Assembly (NCBI GenBank): GCA_963665115.1
Contig: OY762007.1
Location: 6,240,001 to 6,304,000, forward strand
Direction: 5' to 3'
Origin: an uncultured Rivularia sp.
GTDB taxonomy: Bacteria > Cyanobacteriota > Cyanobacteriia > Cyanobacteriales > Nostocaceae
Length of the DNA stretch: 64,000 bases
In this document: positions 11,840 through 22,024 of the stretch, piece by piece
How positions within the stretch are numbered: position 1 is the stretch's first letter
Layout of the letters: the number at the start of each line of letters is the position of its first letter
Program-made: the position numbers and the translations under genes
The notes under the pieces: model-generated
Told to the model about the DNA's origin: nothing
Databases searched by the model: none
The model's input: the letters and a program-made list of their open reading frames with translations, nothing else

Positions 11840-12009
11840 TTCAGGATTGAATAATAAATCAAGACTTAACTATTCTCCAATCTCATTTGACATGATAAAC
11901 CCTAGCTCTTCAATATTAGTTAGATAGCATATGTCATAAAAATTCTTTGATACCTATCGATAGAGTAATTATCGTTATTTTGATACTCCGAGGTTGCAAT
12001 AAAAGTCTC

Positions 12010-13266
12010 TCACCCACGCATCACAAACGCTGCAATTAAACTTAAAGCCAAAGCGCTTAACAAAATAGTTGCACACCACCTACCCAGCAACCACCCACCA
12101 ATAAATGTGGCTAGTACTGCTTTGAATAAAGTATTTACCATTGCAGCAATTAGAATTCCTGTCGCAGCAATCTCAAGCGATAAATTTTCACGAGTCGCTT
12201 GCGCTAAAGATAAACTCACCGTGTCTACATCAGCAATTCCAGAAATTGCTGCAAGTATGTAGATACCTGTATCTCCAAAAAATGTTTGAGCAGCACGCAC
12301 AAGCACAAACAAAACACTCAAAACGGCAGCAAAGCCTAAAGCTGCCCCTAATTCAACAGGATTTTTCAACTTTACTTCTGCTGATGATACATTTTGAGTC
12401 GTTCTAATTGCGATTGCTACCGTTGCAATCAGAGGGACAATTGCCAGCAATCCAATTGAAACTATTAGCAAAGGAAGTAAAGAAGGATTAACAATTCCGA
12501 TTTCAATCAGCAACCTTACAGCCATAATACCGCCTGCGAGGGAAATTCCCGCACCCAGTAAAGCTAAATTATCCCGTTCTTTACGCGCTATTCTGGCATA
12601 AGCGAGCGTCACCGCAGTTGATGATACTAATCCACCTATTACCGCAGTTGCTAACAAACCAACGCGGCTGCCAAGGATACGCATTGCAAAGTAGCCAATA
12701 TATGATATACCTGCAATTAAAAGTACTATCCAGCCAATTGTTCTGGGATTCAATGTTTCCCAAGGACCAATATTACGATTTGGAAGTAGAGGAAGCGCTA
12801 CAGTTGCCACTATCAATAGTTGCAGTGTAGCAATTAATTCTCGCCGCTCTAATTGATTAAGAATAGAGTGGATTTCCTGCTTGTATCCTAATAATGCAGC
12901 TACAACTACAGCACTAGCAACCGCTTCTCCTTCAAGTCCACTCCCTGCTAATCCTCCTAAAACAAAGGTAATCAACAATGATAGTTCTGTGGTAATGCCG
13001 AAATCTTGAGAACCTTTGGCGCTGATGCGATAGGAAAAAGCTACTATCAATACCAGCCCCAAAAATGTTCCGACTAAAATATTCGCGCCGAATTTACCTG
13101 CTAAAAGTGCCGACAACCCACCAAAAAGCCCGACGAAAGCAAAGCTTCTCACTCCGGCAGTTCGAGAACCTTGAGGAGTATCTCGACTTTGCCAACCTCG
13201 TTCCATACCGATAATTAAACCGATTGCAAGGGCGATAGCCAATCTAAATGTAGTTGTAATATTCAT
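12010..13266 (-). CDS. MgtC/SapB + DUF4010 membrane protein
   Basis: IGMER..AGVRSF, GITTE, GGLVSSTAVT, SGIADVD. Confidence 0.9.
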   Translation of the reverse strand: MNITTTFRLAIALAIGLIIGMERGWQSRDTPQGSRTAGVRSFAFVGLFGGLSALLAGKFGANILVGTFLGLVLIVAFSYRISAKGSQDFGITTELSLLITFVLGGLAGSGLEGEAVASAVVVAALLGYKQEIHSILNQLERRELIATLQLLIVATVALPLLPNRNIGPWETLNPRTIGWIVLLIAGISYIGYFAMRILGSRVGLLATAVIGGLVSSTAVTLAYARIARKERDNLALLGAGISLAGGIMAVRLLIEIGIVNPSLLPLLIVSIGLLAIVPLIATVAIAIRTTQNVSSAEVKLKNPVELGAALGFAAVLSVLFVLVRAAQTFFGDTGIYILAAISGIADVDTVSLSLAQATRENLSLEIAATGILIAAMVNTLFKAVLATFIGGWLLGRWCATILLSALALSLIAAFVMRG

Positions 13267-13297
13267 GGATCGTCATGAATCAAGCCCCGGTAATTTT

Positions 13298-13408
13298 TTA
13301 AAAAGCTGGAATACTAGTTAAAGCCAATGCTAGCAATACGAATACAATTAGTATGCTAAGTCTGAGCGTCGTGTATTTAATGACATCAGTTACAGAAATG
13401 TCAAACAT
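13298..13408 (-). CDS. Unannotated 36-aa single-TM protein (MFDISVTDVIKYTTLRLSILIVFVLLALALTSIPAF)
   Basis: Strong RBS GGAGGTGAAACC-ATG; homologous to 51884-52003. Confidence 0.75.
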   Translation of the reverse strand: MFDISVTDVIKYTTLRLSILIVFVLLALALTSIPAF

Positions 13409-13558
13409 GGTTTCACCTCCATAGCAGCTTTGTAGTAAGATTTGAGGTTTTTTATAACTAATAGCTGCCTATATCTTTATTGTCTCCTACAAGCAAAGCT
13501 TTACAAAGCCAAAAGTAATATTTCTTAGCCGTTTAGCTGTAGAAGTATTGGATTATTA

Positions 13559-13957
13559 TCATTTCCGCAAAGCTGGTCTGGGAGGCATCCTCATTGCTGG
13601 ACGCATTATTGGCGGTGTTACTTCAAAATTAACTAGCTCGGATTTGAGTAGTTCTTTTTGACGTTCGCTCAATTCTGGAATTTCTAAAACATCTTCAACT
13701 TTTTCGTAGGGACTGTTGAGAACAATCTTTTTTGCAAGATTTGGATAAAAACCTCTGCAATCCTGAAAAGCGATAATATTGGCATTATTTAAATCAATTT
13801 TGGTTTCAAATTCAGGACATGATTTTTCTACATCAACTAATGGTAGTTCTGATGCGAGTGCTTGTATACCTGATGATGGTTGAGGGATAGCAATAATTAT
13901 CAGGCAGATTATGAATATTAAGCTCAATAAAGCTAAGCTACGAATTATGTTTTTCAT
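13559..13957 (-). CDS. psbU: Divergent PsbU-family (PSII 12-kDa extrinsic) protein
   Basis: Signal peptide; KIDLNNAN..GFYPNLAKKI..PYEKVEDVL.IPELSERQK. Confidence 0.8.
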   Translation of the reverse strand: MKNIIRSLALLSLIFIICLIIIAIPQPSSGIQALASELPLVDVEKSCPEFETKIDLNNANIIAFQDCRGFYPNLAKKIVLNSPYEKVEDVLEIPELSERQKELLKSELVNFEVTPPIMRPAMRMPPRPALRK

Positions 13958-14017
13958 CGTTATCTCCCATTTTTAAGCTGACTAATTAGCTCTAAATCTC
14001 AAGTTAAAAAAATAATG

Positions 14018-14032
14018 TGAGTAAATTGTGAG
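14018..14032 (-). promoter_or_regulatory. Regulon box 4 (CTCACAATTTACTCA-N11-TAACTT), toward the psbU-like gene
   Basis: Motif and spacing. Confidence 0.8.
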
Positions 14033-14073
14033 GAAGATTTAAATCCCGAATGTAAAAATTTTTAAGTTATATC

Positions 14074-14088
14074 CTCACAAGAAACTCA
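14074..14088 (+). promoter_or_regulatory. Regulon box 5 (CTCACAAGAAACTCA-N11-TATTAA), toward GH65-pgmB
   Basis: Motif and spacing; back-to-back with box 4. Confidence 0.75.
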
Positions 14089-14188
14089 CAATTGTTTGGT
14101 ATTAAGAAAAAATCTATATTTAACTGTTTAACTGGCATTATCAAAATTAATTTGAATCTTATAAATACCAACAATAGCCTGAATACCA

Positions 14189-17068
14189 ATGGACAAAAAT
14201 ATATTAGACCCCCATTTACGTTACGAAGATTGGATTCTGACCGAAAAATATTTCGACCCCGAACAACTTAACTATAAAGAAACTGTATTTACCATTGGTA
14301 ACGGTTATCTGGGTACGCGAGGAAGTTTTGAGGAAGGATATCCCGGTGCAGTAGCTGCTACTTTAATTAATGGGGTTTATGATGATGTTCCGCTTTACTA
14401 TACAGAACTTGTTAACTGTCCTGATTGGCTGCCCTTATATATTATTATCGATGACGAAGAATTTCGTTTAGATAAAGGAGAATTGTTTAATTACCAGCGT
14501 CAGCTAGACTTGAAACAAGGTATTCTAAGCCGTAAAATTGGCTGGCGCAGTCCGAATGGTAAAACAATCGACCTTCATTTTGAACGCTTTGCCAGTTTTG
14601 CAGACCAAAATGTTTTAGGATTACGCATTCAACTGACACCGATTGATTTTGAGGGTACGATTCGGATTCGCGGTAGTATTGATGGTAATCCTGAAGATAA
14701 TGATGGATTCAATCCCTGGTTAATTCTCGACCAAGATTATAGTGAAGCTAGTTCTTGTTTGCTAGTTAGGACTAGAACTTCTCGAATTGAATTGGGAATG
14801 GCATTTAAATTAGTAATATCTGGAACGAAACCCAGATTTAGAGATATAAGCGTTCCCGGTTTTCCCACGGTAGAAGCAAAGTTTGATGTTGTTCGAGGAG
14901 TTACCGTTACTGTAGAAAAATTAGTTACAGTTTTTACTTCACGAGACATCGAACATCCAATTCAAGCTGCTTGCGATAAGTTGCAGAAACTACCAAGCTA
15001 CGAAGATTTACGAAACCATCACGAACAAGCTTGGGAGAAAATATGGCATCACAGCGATATTGTAATAGAAGGAAGCGCTCAGGCTCAACTAGTTTTACGC
15101 TACAATCTTTTCCAACTATTAATTAGCGCTCCCCGTCATGACGATAGAGTTAGTGTTCCTGCCAAAACTTTATCTGGCTTCGGATATCGCGGTCATATAT
15201 TTTGGGATACAGAATTTTTTATACTGCCCTTTTTCCTGTTTACTCAACCTGATATTGCTCGTAATTTACTCAGCTACCGCTACCATACTTTGGAAGGAGC
15301 GCGACGCAAAGCAAAATATAACGGTTATCGTGGTGCAATGTATGCTTGGGAAAGCGCTGCAACCGGCGACGAAGTAACTCCGAGATGGGCACCAGCAAAG
15401 CATTTATATGAAGAAGATATTCGCATTTGGTGTCGCGATCGCGAAATTCACATTAGTTCTGATATTAGTATTGCAGCTTGGTTATACTGGCAGGTTACGA
15501 ACGATGATGAGTGGATGCGCGATTGTGGTGCAGAGATTATTCTCGATACAGCTTTGTTTTGGGGTAGCAGGGTTTATCTTGATGTGAAGCGCGAGTGTTA
15601 CTCTATTCTTGATGTAATTGGTCCCGATGAGTATCACGAAAATATAGATAATAATGCTTTTACCAATAGAATGGTGCAATGGCATTTGCAAATAGCTCTT
15701 GATATATACGATTGGCTAAAGACAAAATTCCCCAACAAAGCCACAGAATTAGAGGAAAAGCTACAATTAACTGAAAAAAGACGTTGGCGTTGGCTAGATA
15801 TTGCCGAAAATCTTTTTATTCCTTTTGATTCAAAAACGGGACTTATTGAACAGTTTGAAGGCTTTTTTAAATTAGAAAATGTCAACCTTGCCGATTACGA
15901 ACCTCGTACCGATTCAATGTTATCGATTTTGGGAATCAAGGAAATTAACAAGCGGCAGATTCTCAAGCAACCAGACGTATTGATGCTACTTTACTTGATG
16001 GAAAGAACTGCCGAAACTGATTATGGTAGAGAAGTTCTGAGAAAAAACTGGGATTATTACGCACCCCGTACCGACATTACTTATGGTTCTTCTTTAGGTC
16101 CTGCGATTCACGGACTTGTTGCAGCTTCTTTAGGTAATACGGGTGAGGCTTACGAAAATTTTAGATTAGCTGCACTGGTAGATTTAGAAAATACGCGAGG
16201 TAATGCAGATGAAGGAATTCATGCTGCATCCTGCGGTAGTATTTGGCAGGCTGTAATTTTCGGGGTTGCGGGTATCCAATTTACTAAAAATGGTCCTGTA
16301 GCCAAACCTAACTTACCACCTACTTGGAAACGTTTGCAATTTAAGCTTTTCTGGCGAGGTGATTGGCATTCCTTTGACTTAAAGCCAAAAGTAAGCAGCG
16401 TTAAATCGGAAATTAAAGGCTTTATTTTTGATTTAGATGGCGTACTTACGGATACAGCAGAATTCCATTACCAAGCTTGGCAAAAACTAGCAGACGAAGA
16501 AGGTATTCCTTTCAACCGCGAAGCTAACGAAGCATTACGGGGAATTTCTCGTCGAGATTCATTAATGAAAATAATAGGAAACAGAAAATACTCAGAGTCG
16601 CAAATCCAGGAGATGATGGAGCGCAAGAACCGCTACTATGTAGAATTTATTGAGCAAATAACACCAAAGGATTTATTACCAGGGGCGAGTGAATTAATAG
16701 AAGAATTGCGCTCCAAAGGAATTAAAATTGCGATTGGTTCGGGAAGTAAAAACGCTCGTACAGTAATCGAAAAATTGGGAATTGCTCCGAAGCTGGATGC
16801 AATTGCTGATGGTAACAGCGTCAAACGTTCTAAACCTGCACCAGATTTATTTTTATATGCTGCAAGTCAGTTAGGATTGGAACCGGAAGATTGCGTGGTG
16901 GTAGAAGATGCAGCTTCTGGAGTTGAAGCAGCACTTGCTGGAGGAATGAGAACTATAGGTATTGGTTCAGATGAAAGAGTTGGTGCTGCTCAAATTATTT
17001 TACCAAATTTAGAGGGTGCTACCTTCAAGAATATTCAGCATAAATTTAGTTTTTGTTTAGCGGATTAA
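14189..17068 (+). CDS. pgmB: GH65 kojibiose/trehalose phosphorylase fused to beta-phosphoglucomutase
   Basis: GNGYLGTRG, GHIFWDTE, GPDEYHE, KQPD, SSLGP; C-terminal HAD DLDGV, KPAPD, EDA. Confidence 0.92.
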   Translation: MDKNILDPHLRYEDWILTEKYFDPEQLNYKETVFTIGNGYLGTRGSFEEGYPGAVAATLINGVYDDVPLYYTELVNCPDWLPLYIIIDDEEFRLDKGELFNYQRQLDLKQGILSRKIGWRSPNGKTIDLHFERFASFADQNVLGLRIQLTPIDFEGTIRIRGSIDGNPEDNDGFNPWLILDQDYSEASSCLLVRTRTSRIELGMAFKLVISGTKPRFRDISVPGFPTVEAKFDVVRGVTVTVEKLVTVFTSRDIEHPIQAACDKLQKLPSYEDLRNHHEQAWEKIWHHSDIVIEGSAQAQLVLRYNLFQLLISAPRHDDRVSVPAKTLSGFGYRGHIFWDTEFFILPFFLFTQPDIARNLLSYRYHTLEGARRKAKYNGYRGAMYAWESAATGDEVTPRWAPAKHLYEEDIRIWCRDREIHISSDISIAAWLYWQVTNDDEWMRDCGAEIILDTALFWGSRVYLDVKRECYSILDVIGPDEYHENIDNNAFTNRMVQWHLQIALDIYDWLKTKFPNKATELEEKLQLTEKRRWRWLDIAENLFIPFDSKTGLIEQFEGFFKLENVNLADYEPRTDSMLSILGIKEINKRQILKQPDVLMLLYLMERTAETDYGREVLRKNWDYYAPRTDITYGSSLGPAIHGLVAASLGNTGEAYENFRLAALVDLENTRGNADEGIHAASCGSIWQAVIFGVAGIQFTKNGPVAKPNLPPTWKRLQFKLFWRGDWHSFDLKPKVSSVKSEIKGFIFDLDGVLTDTAEFHYQAWQKLADEEGIPFNREANEALRGISRRDSLMKIIGNRKYSESQIQEMMERKNRYYVEFIEQITPKDLLPGASELIEELRSKGIKIAIGSGSKNARTVIEKLGIAPKLDAIADGNSVKRSKPAPDLFLYAASQLGLEPEDCVVVEDAASGVEAALAGGMRTIGIGSDERVGAAQIILPNLEGATFKNIQHKFSFCLAD

Positions 17069-17123
17069 TTTATCAATAATTGGAGTGTTGTTTAAATAGT
17101 AGTTTAATTTAAACAAATATACT

Positions 17124-17216
17124 CAGGACTTACGCACGGACTACGTGTTTACGTCATTACGAGCGAAGAGAAGTAATCGCAAAGCTCTATTTTCCGTTAC
17201 GAGTGCGTAAGTCCTA
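17124..17216. mobile_element. ~93-bp MITE-like element
   Basis: TIR AGGACTTACGCAC / GTGCGTAAGTCCT, flanked by ATACT on both sides. Confidence 0.7.
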
Positions 17217-17232
17217 ATACTTTTTAATATCC

Positions 17233-17247
17233 CTCACAGCTTCCTCA
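17233..17247 (+). promoter_or_regulatory. Regulon box 6 (CTCACAGCTTCCTCA-N11-TATTCT)
   Basis: Motif and spacing. Confidence 0.8.
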
Positions 17248-17397
17248 CAATTTATCTTTATTCTTAATATTGAAGATTAATAAACGCTTATAATACTTAA
17301 TTTTTCAGCGACATTACAAATTAAATTATCATTCACTGGTATGGAATTTACGAACAAAAAACTACTGTTGTACTAAATATTCAATAAGGAGTATAAG

Positions 17398-17691
17398 ATG
17401 AAAACACAAGCTAAATATACACTTGCAGACCTATATAAAATCAAACAAATTAAAAGCGAGATTCAAGATTTGCGAGAACAACTTTCAGAAATTGACAGCG
17501 AAATTGACAGAAAAGAACAAGATAAGACTAATTTAGAACGGAGTAAGAAAACGAATCCTTTTCAAGAATGGTTAGATGAGCATGATGACGCTCATATTGA
17601 ACCAGCAGAAGAAGATAAAGAAAAACTATGGGGAAACTATATACTTGTCATCCTACTCGTTTTTTATCTTGTTCTCATCAGTTTTCTATAA
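17398..17691 (+). CDS. Hypothetical coiled-coil protein with C-terminal TM
   Basis: AAGGAG RBS; 97 aa. Confidence 0.7.
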   Translation: MKTQAKYTLADLYKIKQIKSEIQDLREQLSEIDSEIDRKEQDKTNLERSKKTNPFQEWLDEHDDAHIEPAEEDKEKLWGNYILVILLVFYLVLISFL

Positions 17692-18077
17692 AACGTAATG
17701 ATGATTTCTGGTCTACCCAAAACTCTACCAGATTTAAATTGTTTTTATATGATTGGGCAATGGGTAGAACCGGGTGGAAGTGTTCCAGTAGTCGCCATGT
17801 CGGGACGCAATATTATCCAGCAAATTTGTCATGAAGATAACAAAGCATTTGAGGTAGATAAACAATAAACTTGCTGCTATTTAATAAAGGATGAATAATA
17901 GTTATCGATATTTGTAAAAAATGTAAATAAATAAGTTTCTTTTAAGCATTAAATTCGTAACTAAGCTAATATTAAAGTGTAAGCAGTAATTGATGAATGG
18001 AAATAATTAAAGTAATTAACAAAGCACATTCATTTTTACTTATCTTACGGGAATTATATATATAGGAGGTCGAGGTT

Positions 18078-18458
18078 ATGCTGCGCGAACGTTTAACCGT
18101 GATTCCTGAAGAAAAAGCTAATATTCTCCCAGATGACAAATCTCTCACCCGCGAAATCAACTTACAAGACACTAATGAAGTGATGACAGAGTTGATGCGT
18201 GTTTTGGTGTTCCACGATTTTAAGACGATGGATGCTGACCCAACTCGTTGGGCTATGCAAGGAGGTTTGATAAAAGCAGGTCAACGAAATCCTCACAAAA
18301 TACAAGCATTCGTCAACATTGGTGCATCGGACAATATATTCGTGCAAATTGAGATTGTTTGCATACCCGAAAATCCAATGATTCTTGTAAAAGGCAAGTT
18401 CAAAACTACAGAAGTTTTGGAAATGATTCGCAATTTACCTTATTTTCCTCGGGACTAA
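18078..18458 (+). CDS. Hypothetical protein
   Basis: AGGAGG RBS, 126 aa. Confidence 0.7.
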   Translation: MLRERLTVIPEEKANILPDDKSLTREINLQDTNEVMTELMRVLVFHDFKTMDADPTRWAMQGGLIKAGQRNPHKIQAFVNIGASDNIFVQIEIVCIPENPMILVKGKFKTTEVLEMIRNLPYFPRD

Positions 18459-18505
18459 AATAAGGTCTGATATCTTGTAATTTTAAGCAGGATATACATG
18501 ACTTA

Positions 18506-18538
18506 TGTAGAGACGCTACATCTAAAAACGTCTCTACA
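18506..18538. repeat. TGTAGAGACG...CGTCTC palindromic dispersed repeat (also 794-824, 35123-35149, 37235-37260)
   Basis: Four intergenic copies, each near a gene 3' end. Confidence 0.75.
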
Positions 18539-18668
18539 CAATTAAATTTGCATTCAAAATTGATCGAGACCCATGCAAGCTAATTTGTCTTGGTAAAACT
18601 GGTTTTTTAGTTACATTTAATTTTACATAAAATAAATAATATATCCAAAAAAATATCTTTATAAAGAG

Positions 18669-19340
18669 GTGATTTATGTGTTACACAGCAAAAATAGAAA
18701 GAATTTAGGTCTTTTAGGTATCGCTTTACTTATTGGTCTAATTATTCCCGCTTGTTCGGATTATTTACTTGCAAAATCAACTGTCCAGAAACAAGAACTT
18801 AAGCCCAGTGTTTGCCAAATTTCTTTAGAGAAAAGGTCTTCTAAGAAGTCAACACTCACAGCCTGCAATCCAAGGAAACCAACTAAAATTACACGTACTT
18901 GTGATGTAGGTGCTTTTGTGATTGATAAAGATCCAAAAGGTTTGAATGTACGTAGCGGTCCGGGTACTAAGTATAGAATAATTGACAAGCTGCCCACTAT
19001 TTACAAAATAGCACCTGTTGAGGTGAGAATTGCAGCTTCTGTCGGTAACTGGGTAATGATTACCGAAGCAAGAGATCCAGCAGAAGGCAAAATTGAATTT
19101 CAAGGACGTGGATGGGTTTATGCGCCATTGTTAGGCACGATTACAGGAGGTCAGTCAGGTATTTGGGGATATACTCAACCAAACAAAAATAGTCCGAAAT
19201 TAGTAGCAACACTACCGTCAACAACAATTGTGAAGCTCAATGCGTGCAATGGAAAATGGGTCAAAATTGAACACGGAAATAGAAAAGCTTGGCTTGCACC
19301 ACAGGATTACTGCCCGACTGTAATTACCAGATGTAGCTGA
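18669..19340 (+). CDS. Bacterial SH3-domain exported protein
   Basis: GLNVRSGPGT, GWVY, hydrophobic N-terminus. Confidence 0.8.
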   Translation: MIYVLHSKNRKNLGLLGIALLIGLIIPACSDYLLAKSTVQKQELKPSVCQISLEKRSSKKSTLTACNPRKPTKITRTCDVGAFVIDKDPKGLNVRSGPGTKYRIIDKLPTIYKIAPVEVRIAASVGNWVMITEARDPAEGKIEFQGRGWVYAPLLGTITGGQSGIWGYTQPNKNSPKLVATLPSTTIVKLNACNGKWVKIEHGNRKAWLAPQDYCPTVITRCS

Positions 19341-19498
19341 GTGAATTGCAAATCAGATGCTTAAGAAACAAGCTTCTCAAAAATAGGAAAAAAGCACAAT
19401 CTTTAATCTCAACGATAAAATCCTCTTTAACTGATACCAATTAAGGTACTTTGATAAGGAGGATTTAGATATATCAAATTAAACAAGCCCTGAATAAG

Positions 19499-20362
19499 AT
19501 GAATAATAATTTAACAAACCAATCTCAAAGCGATAAAAAATTTTCATTACTGACATATTTACTGATAGTATTTGCAATTTCTTGGCCTTTTCAAGCATTT
19601 ATATTTTTCTTCCCTGAAGCGCTTTGGGCTTCCAAAATGCTTTTAGTTTCTATGATTATGGTAACAGTTGGCACCTTTATTGCAGGTAAGTATGTATTTC
19701 GAGATACATTTAGAGATGCGGGATGGAATTGGGGAAAACCCAAGTATTATTTAATAGTATTTGCTCTTCCAGTTATTGTTTGGGTATTTCCACAATTTAT
19801 AACAATATTATTGGGTATGCAAACATTGCCAGAAAGCTTTAATATATTTAATGCAATCACATTATTTTTACAATCATTTACCATTACATTAATTCCTGCT
19901 TTTGGAGAAGAATTTGGATGGAGAGGTTATTTATTGCCTCGTTTACTTTTGAAGCATTCCATCAAAAAAGCACTCATTATACAGGCGTTTATCTGGTGGG
20001 GATGGCATTTACCAGTTTTGATATTTGCAGGTATTAATACTCCAATAGTTAAGGAAAATATTATTCTTTCAATAATAATTATTTTAGCAATAAGTATAGT
20101 ACCTTCAATGATGCACGCAGTCATCTTTTCTTATTTTTGGTCTGCCTCTTCAAGTTTGCTTGTTGCAACGATTTACCATGCAGCATTTGATGAGGTAAGA
20201 GACACTGTTGAAAATATTGTAAGTCTTGGATCTTTGGCTCAACTTTGGCAAATGTTATTGTTAACTTTTATAGGAGCAATATTGCTTTGGAAGGGTAAAT
20301 GGAAAAAATTGGAAAACAGAAAAAATGCTATTGCGAAACCTGTACATTACTCGCATTCTTAA
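19499..20362 (+). CDS. CPBP/Abi-family intramembrane metalloprotease
   Basis: EEFGWRG, WWGWH, YHAAFD. Confidence 0.88.
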   Translation: MNNNLTNQSQSDKKFSLLTYLLIVFAISWPFQAFIFFFPEALWASKMLLVSMIMVTVGTFIAGKYVFRDTFRDAGWNWGKPKYYLIVFALPVIVWVFPQFITILLGMQTLPESFNIFNAITLFLQSFTITLIPAFGEEFGWRGYLLPRLLLKHSIKKALIIQAFIWWGWHLPVLIFAGINTPIVKENIILSIIIILAISIVPSMMHAVIFSYFWSASSSLLVATIYHAAFDEVRDTVENIVSLGSLAQLWQMLLLTFIGAILLWKGKWKKLENRKNAIAKPVHYSHS

Positions 20363-20413
20363 CAGTCATTTTTTGAGAATAAAGAAATTTTTCACTATTT
20401 ATTACCTTTAGAG

Positions 20414-20746
20414 TCAGTTTAATTGAGAATCAATAAAGTTACAGGCTTCTGTATTTCCATGCTGACAAGATTGGATTAAGAAAATTTCTTCATCTACGGT
20501 AATTATGCTATTTTTATCTTGGTTTGAATTAATAATCGTCTGAGTAGTAGCCCCTTGTTTATAAAGATTATTTTCCACGCTTTTAAGATAACGTTCTCTA
20601 TTGTTCCGCCAATTTTGCCGGGAGATTCGGTTTGTTAATCCGCTATCTTCAGCTACGGGAGGAATTTCGTCTGTGGGAGTATTTGACGAACAACTTGTAA
20701 TTGAAATTACGAGCAATGCAAGTCCTAAAATAGATATAGTTCTCAC
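20414..20746 (-). CDS. Hypothetical lipoprotein
   Basis: GAGG before GTG; signal peptide with ITSC lipobox. Confidence 0.65.
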   Translation of the reverse strand: MRTISILGLALLVISITSCSSNTPTDEIPPVAEDSGLTNRISRQNWRNNRERYLKSVENNLYKQGATTQTIINSNQDKNSIITVDEEIFLIQSCQHGNTEACNFIDSQLN

Positions 20747-20845
20747 TTCAAACACCTCCTGACTTGAAAGTATCTGAATCAAGGTATTGCATAATTCAAG
20801 TATGAATTGAATTATGTAATCCTTGAAAATGTTATTTTTAAGTAA

Positions 20846-20983
20846 TTAAGAAAATTTGACGGGCACAGGTACCAAAACAACATCTTTGTTCAGTCCAGGT
20901 AATACAGGTAAGTTTTCTTTTGCTGGTGAGCCTTTATTTTTTCTTTCAGCATTTTTGAGAATAAAAATCAATAAGTTAATCAT
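20846..20983 (-). CDS. Unannotated 45-aa protein (MINLLIFILKNAERKNKGSPAKENLPVLPGLNKDVVLVPVPVKFS)
   Basis: GGAGGT RBS; first ORF downstream of box 7. Confidence 0.65.
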   Translation of the reverse strand: MINLLIFILKNAERKNKGSPAKENLPVLPGLNKDVVLVPVPVKFS

Positions 20984-21095
20984 ATATACCTCCACAAAGA
21001 TATACTATTGTTCCGCAAACAAATATATAATAAGTCCTGTTTGAGAAAGCGTTCTACTTAGGGCTTATCTATATTTAAATATTAAGATAATAAAA

Positions 21096-21110
21096 TGAGA
21101 AACTTGTGAG
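21096..21110 (-). promoter_or_regulatory. Regulon box 7 (CTCACAAGTTTCTCA-N11-TAATAT)
   Basis: Consensus motif and spacing. Confidence 0.85.
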
Positions 21111-21130
21111 GAAGATGTTGAAAAATGGGT

Positions 21131-21961
21131 TTAGCAAAATTCAGCTTCTTCAATATTTGCACGGAAAAAATCAAAGTATTTATCAGTACCAAACCACCAA
21201 CCGACACTGATTTGAGAAGGAATAGTAAAACCTTCAAATGTTTGCTCTGACAAAACTTCTCCGCCAAAGGGAATATAAGTATGGCTACCATCTTCGGTTT
21301 TATCTCCCCAACGCGGTAAAGAAACTTTTAAAACTTTACCCTTTGAATCAATTACAAATGTTAGATGTAAATTTTCCCCATCTACTATTACGCTTGCTTC
21401 AATAGTATTATCATTAATTACCTGCCAATTAACACTATTTTGCGGTAATAAAGCTGAAGGTAGCCAAAAAGATTCTCCTATAAATCTACCAATAGCAGAA
21501 CGAGTGATATCTTGATTATGAGCATTTACAACTGGGATAATTCCCCATATAGAAAACCTTGTTCGACCAAAATGATTAAAGCAATAATCACTACCAATAA
21601 ATTTCATTAAACCGCTACCAATTTTGGCTTTCCAAACAAATCCTTTTAATGCACGAATAATTTGTTCGGCTTGCATCGGTAGCCAAGGTTTATCTGGTGA
21701 TAATCTAAAACTACCATTCATTGTTAATTTCACAGAATTCGCTAAGGGAGTTCCCGGTTGAATTGCGTGGAGAAAATAACGCTGTACGGGTTGTGGTAAT
21801 TCCGCAATCATTTCGGTAGTAAATACAGAATTATTTGGAGTTGTTTCTAAGGAATGCCAAATTTTATTAGTTTCCCTAACCTCTGTTAAGAATTTCAGAT
21901 AAATAGGGATTAAGAAGAAAGCAGTTAGTGCAGTAATTACTAATGAAATCTGGATAATCAT
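21131..21961 (-). CDS. DUF6544/DUF6920-like protein
   Basis: LPQPVQRYF, GFVWKA, WLPSALLP, GFTIP. Confidence 0.75.
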   Translation of the reverse strand: MIIQISLVITALTAFFLIPIYLKFLTEVRETNKIWHSLETTPNNSVFTTEMIAELPQPVQRYFLHAIQPGTPLANSVKLTMNGSFRLSPDKPWLPMQAEQIIRALKGFVWKAKIGSGLMKFIGSDYCFNHFGRTRFSIWGIIPVVNAHNQDITRSAIGRFIGESFWLPSALLPQNSVNWQVINDNTIEASVIVDGENLHLTFVIDSKGKVLKVSLPRWGDKTEDGSHTYIPFGGEVLSEQTFEGFTIPSQISVGWWFGTDKYFDFFRANIEEAEFC

Positions 21962-22024
21962 TTGACTCTCCCGAACTCAATTTAAGTTAATCAAATTATT
22001 ATGGTTTAGTAAGAGCGCTTATTC

